Source: Eledone cirrhosa (taxonomy: Eukaryota). Taken from it: 64,000 nt of DNA. The translations under genes were made by a program, and so were the position numbers. The stretch's first letter is position 1. Each line of letters begins with the position of its first letter. The DNA is taken from NCBI GenBank assembly GCA_964016885.1, contig OZ024740.1:238824001-238888000 (forward strand). The letters are read 5' to 3'. This document shows, piece by piece, positions 25,270 through 39,326 of the stretch. Below the pieces are notes generated by a model. It had not been told where the DNA came from and did not search any database. It saw only the letters and a program-made list of their open reading frames with translations.

Positions 25270-27256
25270 CATATATATGTGTGTGTAATCATTGTTTGAA
25301 GAAGTGTCAGGAAATGCCAGTGGAAGGAAGTTACAGTAGAGGCAGATCAAGAAAGACCTGGGCAGACATGAGAGCTGACCTCAAATCATTGAGACTCACA
25401 GACGCGATGACAAATGATCACATCATATTATTTTAGTTAATGTTTTGCTTTATCTCTTGGCAGCAGGAAGAATTTTAACTGATGTTAATGAATGATATTA
25501 AGTGGAGTCTTCAGACATATTTTTGTAATATTGAATATATGTGTCATGAAAATTGATTTGTCTAAGTCATATTTTAATTATGATAAAGAGAATGGTAGTA
25601 AACAATTAGAAGCATTTCAATAAGTTAACCAACAAGAGACAATTTTTGTATGAAAGATTGTTGTATTTTATGCATGCATACACACATACACATACATACA
25701 CACACACATACTCCACCCCATATATATATGAAATTAGTTTCTTGTATTTTATGCACACACACACATTCGCTTCTGTATACATACATTTATGTGCGTGTAT
25801 ACGGATTTTATTAATATTTTCATATTCAAATGTAAATTGTTATAATGTGTAAATAATATTGATTACTTAAAAAATATATGATTAACAGCTAGAGTATATA
25901 GTTCTGGTATTCACAAAGAAGAAATAATTTATAGACACAGCAACAAAAAACTGGGGTTGGATATATGTGTCTGTGTTAAAGTTACTCAGAACCCCAAATA
26001 ATCCGTCCATTTTGTATCTAATTAATAACAATCCCTGCATATTTCTGAATTAAAAAAAAATATTGTTAATTAATTTAATTCATTAACAAGAAACTATAAT
26101 AATAATAATAATAATAACAATACTAATGATGATGATGATGAAAGCAGCTATTTTCTAGATGATTTTGAACAATCAATACAGAATATATTTTGAGATAGCT
26201 TTTTTAAATATAATAAAGTATCACATATGTATATATATGTTGAGTTGAAAAACTGAATCATAATCAGTATCACTACATACTGCATTGTATTTCTATATAT
26301 ACTAATGAGGAAGTCTAATATGTGAAATGTATCTTTAAAGGCAAGATCCACTTCCTTCTGCACCAACCCTATTTTCTTGAAATCTTGATTAGCTGATCTT
26401 AGTAGAGTTATCTCCCTTGCTTGTTGATTTTAAATTTTAAACTCCTACAGGGAGTTTTCATCTACTGGATAGGCTTGCTTCATAAAAGCTTTTCTACTCA
26501 GTTTTTACATAAAGGTAAAACCTACTGTATGTGTACTTAGTGTGCAGCATACTCCTCTGTGGTATATTCCCTTGGTAATATGGTTGATATTAATAATCAT
26601 CACTATATGCCCTCTATTTCTATTCTGATCACTTCTATGTCTTGCCAACTGAGTAGAATATGCTTTACTGAAGTCTAATAAGGCTGAAACATGTTCATTG
26701 ATTTTATCAGTTGGTTTTAAAAACCAATCTACAATTGTCCTTATTTAAAAAAAATAATGATTAACCAGTCTTATTATATTTGTCTCACTAACTTGTTTTT
26801 AGATAAACAAACACACTTAGCTGCATTTATATTCTTAGTCAATCAAAGTGATTCAACTCACTATATTACATATGTGAGACCCTGTTGTATGTATATTTCA
26901 TATGTAAAATGTTCCCTTCGATGTATTTCCCCTCAGCCAGCTACATTACTGATATTGTTTTTAAAAATCAAAATCTGTTATATTCTTTCACTTGCTTGTT
27001 GGAGTTTCATTAACTCGTTTACTTGAAATAGATGTGTGTGGATCTGGATTTGTATTGTACATTTGACTTTTATAAAATTCTATCACTTCACAAAATGTGT
27101 GATTGCTTGAAATAATTTGTATAGATTTTCCACCTTGGTTTTCTGTATTTCAACAAATAAACATTACATAAACCAATAATATCTATGTTATTTTTATATT
27201 TGAAATATCCATTGAAGTTTTTCACTTTCTTCTCTAAACATGATTTATAGCATTAA

Positions 27257-27457
27257 CCCTTTAGCATTTAAACCAGCCAGAATTCTCTCACCTCCTTCTG
27301 TTCAAACCAGCCACTCATACTAATGTTGAGGTATTCTTTTCAAAATAAATAATATCAAAATCTTGTAGATTTGATATTATGTGAAATGATTATGTGAGAT
27401 AAAGCCTTTACTGCAAAAATACAATAGTAAATATAGAGTAATGTAAATACTAAATGG
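27257..27457. mobile_element. TTAA-flanked piggyBac-type MITE
   Basis: TTAA|CCCTTTAGCATTTA...TAAATACTAAATGG|TTAA. Confidence 0.65.
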
Positions 27458-29518
27458 TTAAGGATAATTATTGTTTGTGGGTACAATACAAACAATTTGA
27501 AATAAATTCTTCCACAAAATGAAATATAAATATCTACATTTTAAGAATATGGAGTGCAAAATATCAGGAAAATTGATATTTGTTAGAGGATACTGCAAAC
27601 AACTTGATAACAAAGTAGCATCTACATGATCACTTAAACTATTGGAATAGCAGCACCACACCGCTCCAGTTTTTCTGTTCTTTAATGCAACTAGAGTGAT
27701 GATTGAATCAGCATCATTGTTTAATGTCTATTTTTCATACTGGCATGCAGAGGACTGTGTTTCACTCACACAGAACAGATTTTGGCTTGGTTTCTATGGC
27801 TGGATGCCCTTCCTAACGCCAACAACATTTATTGTGTGGAGTGGGTGTTTTTTTTTTGTGACACCTACATGACTACCCACTTTATAATGTGGACTGGGCA
27901 CTTTTGTCGTGGCTCCAGGGGGACCACTTTATGGTGTGGGTTGGGGAAGATGCAGGGGGGATTGGGGGCATAGGTATAGGGGTGGGATGATTAAAGCAAG
28001 GGAGGTCTATGGGAGGAGTGATGGTAGGGAAGGTGTTGCATACTATATATATATGCCTCAGCTCCAGCATATGGAAGGGTGGGTCTTCTGTAATATTGCA
28101 TAGCACCAGAGAATACGGTCCTGTATTACCGCTTTAGTGAGGATCTCAGCTCCTGATGGAGTCATTATCATGAGAAATAGCATATCTTGAGCATTCTAAA
28201 CTTAGCAGATCCCCTCCATCTCCAGGTCTAGCTGCAGTCAATTTCAAATAATAATTGATCTCAGTGCTGAGCTCATACTTTATTGATCCCAAAGATACAA
28301 AAGACATATATGACCTCACTGTGCTTTGAACTCAGAGTGCAGAAAGCTAGAACAGATCATTCTACCCAACAGTCTAACAACTCTGTCAATTCAATGGCTT
28401 TATATATATATATATAAATATATATACAGAACTGGTGGTGCCCCTGGGGCCACGACAAAAGTGCCCAGTCTACATTATAAAGTGGGTGGTCAAATAGGTG
28501 TCACAACAAAAATACGCTCACTCTACACTGTAAATGTTGAGTTCGGATCTAGCTATCAAAATGGCAGGAGCTCAGCCATTGGTGTCCTGAATCTTTTCAT
28601 ATATATATAATGTAACTAGAGTATCAATACTGAGTGAATTATAAATAAAATGTATATGAAATCATATCCATATCTTTAATAAACATACATTTACTCACAC
28701 TATGGACATGTAGTTGGATAACTAAAGCAGATTGTTATCTTTTAGAAGCAATATGTAACTAAGATTGAACTGTTAACAAAATTGCTTAAAGTGGGAAATA
28801 AAGAGAAAAATTAGTGACAGCATATTAGACTAGATTCTTTATTTTAACAAACTCTAGCTTTTGTGCCAAGTCCAGTCATTGATTTTATAATATTGTTTAG
28901 CCCCAGGAATGTTCTGATTGAGCAAACCTATGATTAACTGCATTCTAGCTTTGACCATCTCAAATTTTCCCCATGGCTGGATACAGCAAAAGTTGTAGTA
29001 TGTCTTCTGTTACTAGAGCTTCTTGCATTTGATGTTATTTAGCCTCAGAATAAGCAAACAAATAATCACAGCATTCCAATCATGACCATCCTAACTTATT
29101 TTCAGATAATGAATCCATATTTCTAGTATTCAATATGTCTATTCTATTTTTTTTTAAAGCTGGTAAGGTATAGTTTAAAGGGAATCTGGCTGCTATTTCT
29201 AATAGATTGTGCTACCATACAAAAGTTCTTACTTTGGTTCTCCTTGTATTAGTGATAGCATGATGTCCTGATTCTATTAAACACACCAATGTATAATAAA
29301 TCAGAATAAAGGCAAAACAGAATTTGGAAATAACAACAATTGTACATTATGTTAAAATATCAATTTTAGTGAAAATTTGAAGAAATAAAAACAAAGTAAA
29401 CTAAAGAAAAATAAATAATTAACAGATATCTTAAAAACAAATTTAATGGCATGTGAAAGGATTCTTCACAAAATAAATAGTAATAGCCGAAGAATAACAT
29501 CATGGAGTTATTATTAGT

Positions 29519-29731
29519 CTATGAACAATTTGATATCCTCTTGATCAAGTGTGTAGGGATTCCAATTTCTCGAAGCTCTATTGTATTCTTAGAATGTAAA
29601 TAAGAACCATAATGACAAATATATTTCCAACACATTTCTTGTAAGTTTGGTACATCCAGCTGCATTCTAAACAGTGTATTAATCCTTGTTTCTTCCTTAG
29701 AAACTCCACCAAATAAATACATGCAGCCATT
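29519..29731 (-). CDS. KLHDC10: KLHDC10 exon 10 with stop
   Basis: accag|AAT...TAG. NGCMYLFGGV...LDVPNLQEMCW...LREIGIPTHLIKRI; BC-box/Cul2-box-like end as in KLHDC10 (GCMYIHGGV...VPSLLELAW). The ten exons sum to 375 aa from ATG 54074. Confidence 0.94.
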   Translation of the reverse strand, partial: NGCMYLFGGVSKEETRINTLFRMQLDVPNLQEMCWKYICHYGSYLHSKNTIELREIGIPTHLIKRISNCS

Positions 29732-30841
29732 CTGGTAAAAAGTAAAAAATAGACAAATAAATAAATGAATTTCCATTATTCTTTAACTCTTTTAATGCTA
29801 AATCACATGAAACTTACCCTGGTTCTATAGTGTTAAGCTAGGTATTCTAAAGTGTTTATATATATCTAAAAAAATCTAATATCTGAATAGGAGAGTGGGT
29901 GAGTAATAGAGAGATATAAGTAACAGAAAAATGAGGTGTCAAGAGGTGGGGGTGTGTGAGAAGGAGACTAAAGAGAGATATACTAGACACGAGACCAACA
30001 TAACTCTTAGTGTTCATCACCACCACTGTTTTAATGGTCATTTCACTATGGTTATAAACCATAGAGAGAACATAAATGAGGTTATAAACCATAGAGAAAA
30101 TATATTTTAGGTTATATATCTCATTAATAAGGGCTAAGATTTCAACTTAGGTTTCATTCAGCTTCAATATAGCAAGAATTACCTATACTTGAATGTTACA
30201 GAATTTCCTGTATCACTGTAACAGTATTTATATAGTAGAACATGACTATATTGGTACAATAAGTTTTGTACCTCTCACACACATATTAGAGTATCACCAC
30301 CATTAGTTGCTTGTTGGTTTAAAATAGATACACTGTATCACTGCAAGAAGCAACTAAAAGGGTTGGTGTCAGGAAGAATATCCTGATGTAAAACATCGTC
30401 TCAAAAAGTCCCGTCCAACATATGCCAGCATGGAAAAAAATTGATGTAAAAACGATGATGATGATGATGATGACGATCCCCCACCAGTTATCTCCCTCAC
30501 ACACAGAATGTGACCATCAGTTGTTTCCCTCAAACAGACTAAAATATCACCTTTTTTTGTCTCCCTTACAAATATTTTTTATAAGATACCACCACCAGTT
30601 TTCTTACCTCACAACGGACTTTATTAAGAGGAAACCACTGATTGCCTATAATGGATTGTGGAGGAGATATAACAAAATTCAAAAGGAAAGATCGATGAAG
30701 TAAAGGAAAGTAAGAAACAAATCCGTCAGAAAGTGTAAAAGATAATACAATCAGTGGTAGGAATTTACTGTATTTGATGGCATGTAAAACCCATGGGAAT
30801 ATAAGACAACCCTCATTTCAGTAGAAAATATTAAGAAAATA

Positions 30842-31209
30842 ATTATTTCTACTTTTGGCACAAGGACAGTAATTATATCCAGGGTATTACTGGTACTTTA
30901 TTTTATCGACTCCCATAAGGATGAAAGGCAAAGTTAACCTCGGCGGGATTTGAACTCAGATCATAATGGGCCGTAACTCTTTGCTGCAAAGCATGGCATC
31001 CGACCCTCTACCGATACTGCCAATCTACCAAAAAATAATTGTTTCTACTTTTGTCACAAGGCCAGCAATTACTCAGTACATTACTGGTACTTTATTTTAT
31101 CGACCCCGTACGGATGAAAGGCAAAGTTAACCTCGGCGGGATTTGAACTCAGACTGTAAAGGGACGTAACTATGCTAGAAAGCATGGCGTCCAACCCTCT
31201 ACCGATACT
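30842..31209 (-). mobile_element. Two tandem copies of the Meta-like tRNA SINE
   Basis: Same consensus as 11753 and 21940, at about 30842-31030 and 31038-31209. Confidence 0.85.
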
Positions 31210-31947
31210 ACAGGTCATCTCATGTTATAAAAACATGTAGCTTAACTTTGCATTAAGATCATGGTGATATTTTAAAGATCATTTAGTGGCTCTTATATAC
31301 TATCAAATATGGTGATTTGTTTTGTTACTGTTAAGGTTTGATAGAAATGTTAAAATCAAATGCTATGGAATCAATATTCTACTAGTTTTATAATTTGAGA
31401 ATGAAGATTATTGGATCGTGAGGAAATTACAAGGGTATAACATCTCATTCAGTTACAACACATAAAAGAGAATATTGCTTATTTTCTCTTCACTGCATAA
31501 TTACATCTAGTTGTTTTTTTATTGCTCTCTTTTAACACTAATTTAACTTTGCATTTATAGATACCTTCTCTGATTTATTCTATTTTCCTATGTATAGTCT
31601 TGTACCTTTACTTAGTGATTCTGTATCACTACTTCAGCTACGCTTCACTGAGGAGGTCAAAATAAGATGGAAGCATATCTAGAGTTGTCTCTTGTACTTG
31701 CAAAAAAAACAAAAAAAAACAAAAAAACATTGACTAATATTGCTTTTTTTATGCTTCCTGCATTAAATATGTTAATATTAACTTGACTATTTCTCTTAAA
31801 TATACTAGCACTTCAAAAAATATTTCCATAAATTTTTTAAAATATAATGTTTCAGACAGAATAACATTCTTAAACAAAATAAATATGCATCAGCAATAAT
31901 ATTATCATCATTTAATATCTATTTTTCTGCTAGCAATCAACATTTTT

Positions 31948-32289
31948 CATCATCATCATTTCATTTTACGTCCGCTTTTTCCCTGCTTGCAAGGGTGGAA
32001 CGGGAACTGATTCTGGCTTGATTTCTACAGCTGGATGCCCTTCCTAACACCAACCTCATTTACAGTGAGTGCCGGGTGTTTTTTTCCGTGGCGCCTACAC
32101 GTTCACTCTACAGTGTGGGCTGGGTGCTTTTTTGCCGTGGCACCTCCACGACCACTTTGCATTGGAATGATATGGACCCCAGTCCCTATCATCTCATTTC
32201 TACAGCTGAGTAAACTGGAGCAATGTGAAATAAAGTGTCTTGCTCAAGGAAACAACACATCACCCGGTATGAGAATTGAACTCACAACC

Positions 32290-32293
<4 letters not shown>
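31948..32293 (-). mobile_element. CORE-like SINE, 5'-truncated copy of 718-1056
   Basis: Near identity to 718-1014, with one extra internal repeat unit. Confidence 0.85.
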
Positions 32294-32336
<43 letters not shown>

Positions 32337-32352
32337 CACATATATATATATT

Positions 32353-32955
32353 CATCATCATTTTATGTCCACTTTTCCCTGCTTGCAAGGGTGGGACGGG
32401 TTCTATTCAGTACAGCATCTCTCTTCGTCATCTCCTCCGTGAGTTTCAGAAATCTGAGGTCTTCTCTCACCACCTCCGCCCATGTTTTTCATGGTCTTCC
32501 TCTACTGCGTCTTCCTTCTACTGGGATTTCTTGGCACTTCTTTACCCAGAGGTCATCCTCCATGCGCATCACATGTCCATACCATCTCAGCCTTCTCTCC
32601 TGCACACCACAACTTATCCCTCTTATACCCAGTTTCTTTCTCAACTCGTCTATGTTTGGTCGTTCACGCACATTGACATTGCACATCCAACAGAGCATGC
32701 TTGCTTCATTTCTCTCCGGCCGTCACATATCCTCTGCAGTTGCTGCCCATGTCTCACTACCATGCAGCATCGTGCATCTCACACAAGCATCATATAACTG
32801 TCCTTTCATACGCAGGGAGAAATCCTTCTTTGTCAACAGAGGAAGCAGCTCCCTAAACTTCTTCCAACCCGTCCTTATTCTAGATACTATGGCCTTGGAA
32901 CACCCCCCCTCCCATGCTAATCTGATCACCTAGGTACCGGAAGCTATCAACCACT
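32353..32955 (-). mobile_element. RTE-clade LINE 3' fragment
   Basis: RIRTGWKKFRELLPLL...MLHGSETW; LRWYGHVMRM...GRP. Confidence 0.9.
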
Positions 32956-33177
32956 TTCTACACACATAAGCACACTAGCCTTTATATTAATTTTATTCCC
33001 TCAGCACTTCATAAAAATCCGAGAGATTGACTAGGTATATACAATGTCTGTTTATATATATATATATATATATATATACTTCGTTTTTGAATTTGTTTTG
33101 TAAGATTTCTTATCTGAAAACGCATGTTGAAACAGATATTGTTATACTTTGGGACCCTCCCAAAGTACAACAATATA

Positions 33178-33337
33178 CCGTATTTCCTGGCGACGAAGAC
33201 GCTTCGTCCTTGAGGATGCATCCTAGTTTTGACAAGCAAAAATTTGAAAAAACATAACAAACAACCTTCGGCCTCCAGGACGCATGGTAGATTTTTGAAA
33301 CTTATTTTAGGAAAAAAGTAGCATCTTCGACGCCAGC
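33178..33337. mobile_element. pogo/mariner-type MITE with right TIR truncated by an RTE insertion
   Basis: TA|CCGTATTTCCTGGCGACGAAGACGCT ... AGCATCTTCGACGCCAG. Confidence 0.6.
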
Positions 33338-34056
33338 TGTATAAAAAAGTGCAGGGCAATCAAAATTGATGGAAGACATCAATTTTGATTGCCCTGCACT
33401 TAGTTATGGAGTAGGTAAACCCAGAAAAACCTGGGACGACATGATAAAGTCAGACCTTGCACACTTGCACCTCTCTAAGACAATGTCACTGGATTAAGAT
33501 CTTTGGTGCCACGCAGTATTACAGAAGACCCGCCTTCCCTATGTGCAAAGTTAACCTACAGTCAGTAGGCCCCTCCAAACCAAACATACACCCCAATCCA
33601 CTACCCCTACTCCATCCTCCCACTCCCGTCAACACCACCCTTTCTCTATAAAGTTATGTTGGCACCACAACATCCAGTCCAAACTAATGAGATCGTGTAG
33701 GAGTTACAACAAAAAAACACAGTCTATGCTGTAATGTGGCCGTGTAGGTAACACGGTAAAAAGTTCCCAGTCCACACTGTAAATGTGGTTGGTGTTAGGA
33801 AGGGCATCCAGTTGAAATAGCAATAAACAATCTGAAGACTACAAACCTACAGAAAATGATCAATTGAGGAGAAAAGTACTTACTGGTGAAACAGCAGAAC
33901 TATGGAAGTATATATTTTTAGAAACTCTGCCAGATAGTCCTATACGAGCGAGACACGGTTACCCGACCAATCTTGCCTCAAGTGGAACAACTCCCGTCTA
34001 ACCCATGCTAGCGTGGAAGATAGACATTAAATGATGTTGATCGTGATGATGATGAT
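33330..34056 (+). mobile_element. 5'-truncated RTE 3' end, same family as 34642-37799
   Basis: Aligns with 37251-37799; (GAT)n tail. Confidence 0.85.
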
Positions 34057-34641
34057 ATATATATATCTTGTATTTTTAAATTCCCATAATTCTTCTCTTA
34101 TTACTGTTATATATGCTTGCGCAATTATGCCCAAAATTCGAGGATTTTATTTAAACCTTCTCGCTAACTACCCCATTCTCGTTTGTTTAATTATGGCCGA
34201 AATTCTAGGATTTTATAAAATAACCTTCTCTGCTCTCTCCTATTCTTCACCCCCCCCCCTATATCCTGCTGGTTCTCTCTCAATCCCTTCCTCTCTCTCC
34301 AAATATAAAATAAACCTGTTGCGAGTACGAAACTCAGAATTCGTCAAACCCTTATTCCTGGCTAGGCTGCTCGCTCGCTTGGCGAAATGTAACGTACAAA
34401 TGCTATTTTCTTTACTCTTCTCTCCATTTTTTCCCCGGTCCATTCATCTATCTGTATCATTTCGTCCAGAATCCAATCTTTGCTTTTTCAATGCTATTCG
34501 ATAATTCTGTCTGATTGTTCAAAACAATCTTCTTGTATTTTTAAATTCCCATAATTCTTCTCTTATTACTGTTATATATGCTTGTTCAATTATGCCCAAA
34601 ATTCGAGGATTTTATTTAAACCTTCTCGCTAACTACCCCAT

Positions 34642-37600
34642 ATCCCTCCCACCCGCCCCCACTCGCCACCATTATTACGTGGACCAATCATAAGTCAGCG
34701 GCCTATGCTATCACTTCTTAAGTTTAGACCTGGTTGCCTTTCGATATGATGGATGGACTACGGAATTCTGGAGAGCTTGAAAAGAAAAAATCTGGACACT
34801 GAGTGACAATACCAAAGATAAAGTCAAATTCACCTCATGCTGCCGGACGAGAATGCAAGGACTCCTCCTCTTTATTTCGGCCGTGGATGGCTAAAATACC
34901 CCCCCCCCCCAACGCAATCCAAAACTTCAGAGTTGGTACCATGAATGTAGGCACCTTAAAAGGTCGCTCTAACGAGGTTGTAGAAATGCTTGAACGTAAG
35001 GAGGTCGATGTTTGCTGTATTCAAGAGACCAGGTGGAGGGGTGGGTCTGCTAGATTCATTGTGGGTAAAAAACGATGCTATAAGCTTTTCTGGGTGGGAA
35101 ATGAGAATGGGCTGGGTGGAGTAGGAATCATGGTAGCAGAAAAGTGGACAGATAAGATAATAGACGAAAATAGAGTGAACGACAGAATAATTAAAATAAG
35201 ACTTGTCCTCAATAGAACTACTGTGACAATAATATCTGCATTTGCACCCCAATCCGGACTGCCGGGCGTTATAAAAGACAGATTCTATGAGTCGTTAATG
35301 CTCCCAACCTCCCAAATAACCGACAGTGACTACATAATTATTGCTGGCGACCTAAATGGTCACATTGTACAACATTGTGACGGCTATGACGGAATCCATG
35401 GAGGCTATGGGTTTGGTACTAGAAATGAGGAAGGTTCCAGAATCCTGGAATTCTGTGACGCAAATAACCTAACTATCTGTAACACTAACTTCAAAAAACG
35501 AAACAATCACTTGATCACCTATAGATCAGGGGAACACACCAGCCAGATAGATTATATCCCTACCAGAAGACGTGACAGAGTGTCTGTTGTAAACACTAAA
35601 TCCCTCCCCCATGAAGAATGCACCTCTCAACATAGACTCATAATTAGCGACCTCATAGTCAGGACAAGACGTACTCAACAACAGAGGAGGACTATCCTCA
35701 GAAGAAAAATATGGAAGCTAAAGGACCCCACAGCCAGTAATAAATTTAAAAGCATATTACTTGATGCTTTTGATAGTAAGGAAGAGCAATTAGAGTCGTA
35801 CAATATAGAGGAACAGTGGGAATTCCTGAAAGCAAACCTGCTGATGGCAGCAGATGAAGTCTGTGGCTGGAGCAGGCCTATAGGCAGGAGGAGAGTAACT
35901 TGGTGGTGGAACAGTAAGGTGGAGGAGTCAATCAAGGCCAAAAAGCAGGCTTGGAAAGTATGGCGGGATGGGGGAAGTAGAGAAGACTATCAAGTGGCCA
36001 GGAGGGAAGCTAGGAGACAAGTGTACTTCGCAAGAAGAGAAGCAGAGGAAAGAAAGTTCAAGCATGTTCTACAATGCGAGGACCATCATCATTAACTGCT
36101 ACAAGGGTAATGGAGATGCCCTAGATAGGGGAAACTATAGAGGCATTAAATGAATTGACCAGGTCATGAAGGTCACAGAAAAAGTAACAGCGCAACTAAT
36201 CAGAGAGCGAATTGATCTAGATGAAATGCAGTTCGGGTTTGTGTCAGGTAAAAGTACCACAGACGCTCTTTTCATTGTACGACAACTACAGAAGAAGTAC
36301 CTAGCTAAAAGTAAACCCCTATACTTAGCTTTTGTTGACTTGGAGAAAGCCTTTGACAGAGTCCCACGCCCCATTATTTGGTGTTCATCAGAGCTCCGTC
36401 CTTAGCCCCCTCCTATTTATTATTGCTCTTCAGGCTATAACAGAGGAGTTCAAGACCGGCTGCCCATGGGAACTCCTATACACAGATGATCTAACTCTCA
36501 TAGCTGAATCAATGGCTGAACTAGAGAAGAAATTCCAAACATGGAAGCATGGCCTAGAATCAAAAGGCCTTAAAATTAACCTGTCTAAGACTAAAGTTCT
36601 AGTTTGTAGGAAGGAAAATAGGGCACTGGTTCCATCTGGGAAATGGCCATGCTCAGTGTGTAGGAAAGGAGTAGGCAGAAACTCTATTTTATGTTCCAAA
36701 TGCAAAGTATGGGTGCATAAAAGATGTAGTGGGATCACAGGTAAGCTAACTAAGAATATAGATTTTATATGTGGCCGGTGCTGAGGTGCAATAAGTAGCA
36801 GCAAGTGCCCACAGAATACTAGCTCATTCCATTGCACAGATGGTACTATAAAAATAGTGGACACCTTCCGTTACCTGGGTGACAAAATCAGCAGTGGTGG
36901 AGGGTGCTCTGAAAGTACAGTAGCTAGAGTCAGAACAGGATGGAAAAAGTTCAGAGAGCTTATACCACTATTAGGTGCTAAAGGGTTCTCTCTAAAAATG
37001 AAAGGCAGACTGTATGATGCCTGCATACGAACAGCAATGTTACATGGCAGTGAGACTTGGGCATTGTGTGCAGAGGATATACGCAGACTGGAGAGGAACG
37101 AAGCTTGCATGCTCCGTTGGATGTGTAATAGTAATATACGTGAATGGCAAAGCATAAATGAACTAAGGGAGAAATTAGGAAAAAAAAGGGATCAGATGTT
37201 GTTTACTCGAGAGAAGACTACGTTGGTATGGTCACGTGATGCGCATGAAAGACGACAGCTGTATAAAAAAGTGCAGGGCGATAAAAATAGATGGTAGCCA
37301 CAGAGTAGGCAGACCCAGAAAAACCTGGGACGACTTGATAAATTCCGACCTCACACACACCTCTCAAAGACAATGTCACTGGACCGAGATATTTGGCGCT
37401 ACACAGTAATACAGAAGACCCGCTTTGCCTAAGTACAAAGCGAAACCTACAGTCAGTAGGCACCTCTTAACAAAAATACACCCCCATCCACACTACCCCT
37501 TTCGATGTAAAATTATGTTGGTACCACAACATCCAGTCCGAAATAAATGAGGTCGTGTAGGTGTCACGACAAAAAAACACACAGTCCACACTGTAATGTG

Positions 37601-37795
37601 GCCGTGTAGGTAACACGGTAAAAACCTCCCAGTGCGCACTGTAAACGTGGTTGGTGTTAGGAAGGGCATCCAGCCGTAGGAAACCCACCAGACAATCCTA
37701 TACGAGCAAGGCAACCAATCTTGCCTCAAGTGGGCAAATTCCCGTCCAAACCCATGCAAGCGTGGAAGATGGACGTTAAATGATGATGATGATGA

Positions 37796-37799
<4 letters not shown>
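34642..37799 (+). mobile_element. Near full-length, internally deleted RTE-clade LINE (APE endonuclease + RT)
   Basis: VGTMNVGTL, IQETRW, GDLNGH, QIDYI, SQHR; QFGF, VDLEKAFD, HQSSVLSPLLF, LYTDD; frameshifts and stops; (GAT)n tail. Confidence 0.95.
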
Positions 37800-37836
<37 letters not shown>

Positions 37837-38032
37837 CACACATATAAATAAGGAATTTGAATGAAACCAAAGTTCTGTTATTATGAGTGTTATCTAGAAT
37901 AGGATTGCAAAAGTTAAGATGCAATGAAAAGCAAGTTACAGATAAGAAAATTTAGGTTAGTTGAAATAGCAATAAACAATCTGAAGACTACAAACCTACA
38001 GAAAATGATCAATTGAGGAGAAAAGTACTTAC

Positions 38033-38169
38033 TGGTGAAACAGCAGAACTATGGAAGTATATATTTTTAGGCACTTCTCCCAGGTAAGTCCATCTATGAG
38101 ATTTTAATGAAAATCTCCAAACATCCTTGAAAACAGTTTTGTTTTCTGTTCCTCCACAAATATACACAT
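38033..38169 (-). CDS. KLHDC10: KLHDC10 exon 9
   Basis: tctag|...|gtaagt. VYICGGTENKTVFKDVWRFSLKSHRWTYLGEVPKNIYFHSSAVSP, compare VYFHCAAVTP. Confidence 0.93.
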
Positions 38170-39326
38170 CTAGAACAGTATCAACAGATTGGTGATTTAA
38201 ACTTCATATTATCGTATGAAAATTATATTATTTTAATTTTTTCAGAAATATATACAACTAGATAAGAATCAAACAAAATAGATGCAAGTTTAAAACGTGT
38301 GTGTATGTGTATGTGGTTGTGCATGACTCTCTATATGTATGTGAGTATACATTTACAGAGGCGAAAAATTGACAGAGTCATTAGAATGTCAAGTAAAAAG
38401 TTTTGTAGTATTTGATTCAACTTTCTGCTCTCTGAGTGCAAATCCCACCGAGGTCAACTTTGCCTTTCATCTATTCAAGGTCAATAAAAAAAAAAAGTAC
38501 TAGTCTAGTACAGGGGTCGATTCTTCCTCTATATCTTTTTCTCACTCTCTCTATCCTTCTCTGGAAGAAATCTGCTGTATTCAGACCTGGAGAGGAGATG
38601 GGCTCCACCAAGGTTTAAAATGCCCTAGAAATGCTACATGTCAATATAACGCCCCTACGACTCCCTCAGGAGTTACAGGATCAAGCATACATTTACAGAG
38701 GTTGACGATGATGTGGTTATACTGAAGAGATCTAAAGCATGGAGCTAGCTGATCAAATGTCTCAGAGGGAATCATAGGTTAGCACTCAGGCATGGAGATA
38801 GATTTCACATGTGGGTTTGAGTCCCTGATAGACTGACAGAGAACCAGTACAAGAAGTTCAGGTTTTAATATAGCAGAGGATATCCCATTTTCATTATCAG
38901 ACTACCTCTCCTAAGATTTACATCTGGGCTTCATTTTAGATACAGCAAATAATATGTTGTGGGACATATGGATTTCTATATTGAACAGTTAAAATTATTT
39001 TAAAGCAAGTGAACTCTCTTGTTTGAATTTGAAAAAAAACCTTTTACATTTTAACTTGATATTTGTCCATGTATACATGTGTGTAGAGAGAGATTTTGGC
39101 AGTGTGTGGTTCATATTCCCCACAGGGTATCATCATCATCATCATCACCGTTTTAAGTCCATTCTTTCACACTAGCATGGGTATATATTTACCTTTTCAC
39201 AGTCCTCAACAAATTTGAGATACTCTAATGCTATTTAGACAGTTGAGTGGTAAAAAGAAGTGAAAAAACATGATTGATCACATCTTTATAGGTTTCAATT
39301 TTATACCTCAGATATAAAGTGATCAT

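Noticed and set aside
19000-29518. Additional gene between NAMPT and KLHDC10
   Set aside because: No exon-like ORF with recognisable homology; mostly AT-rich and repeat-derived sequence.
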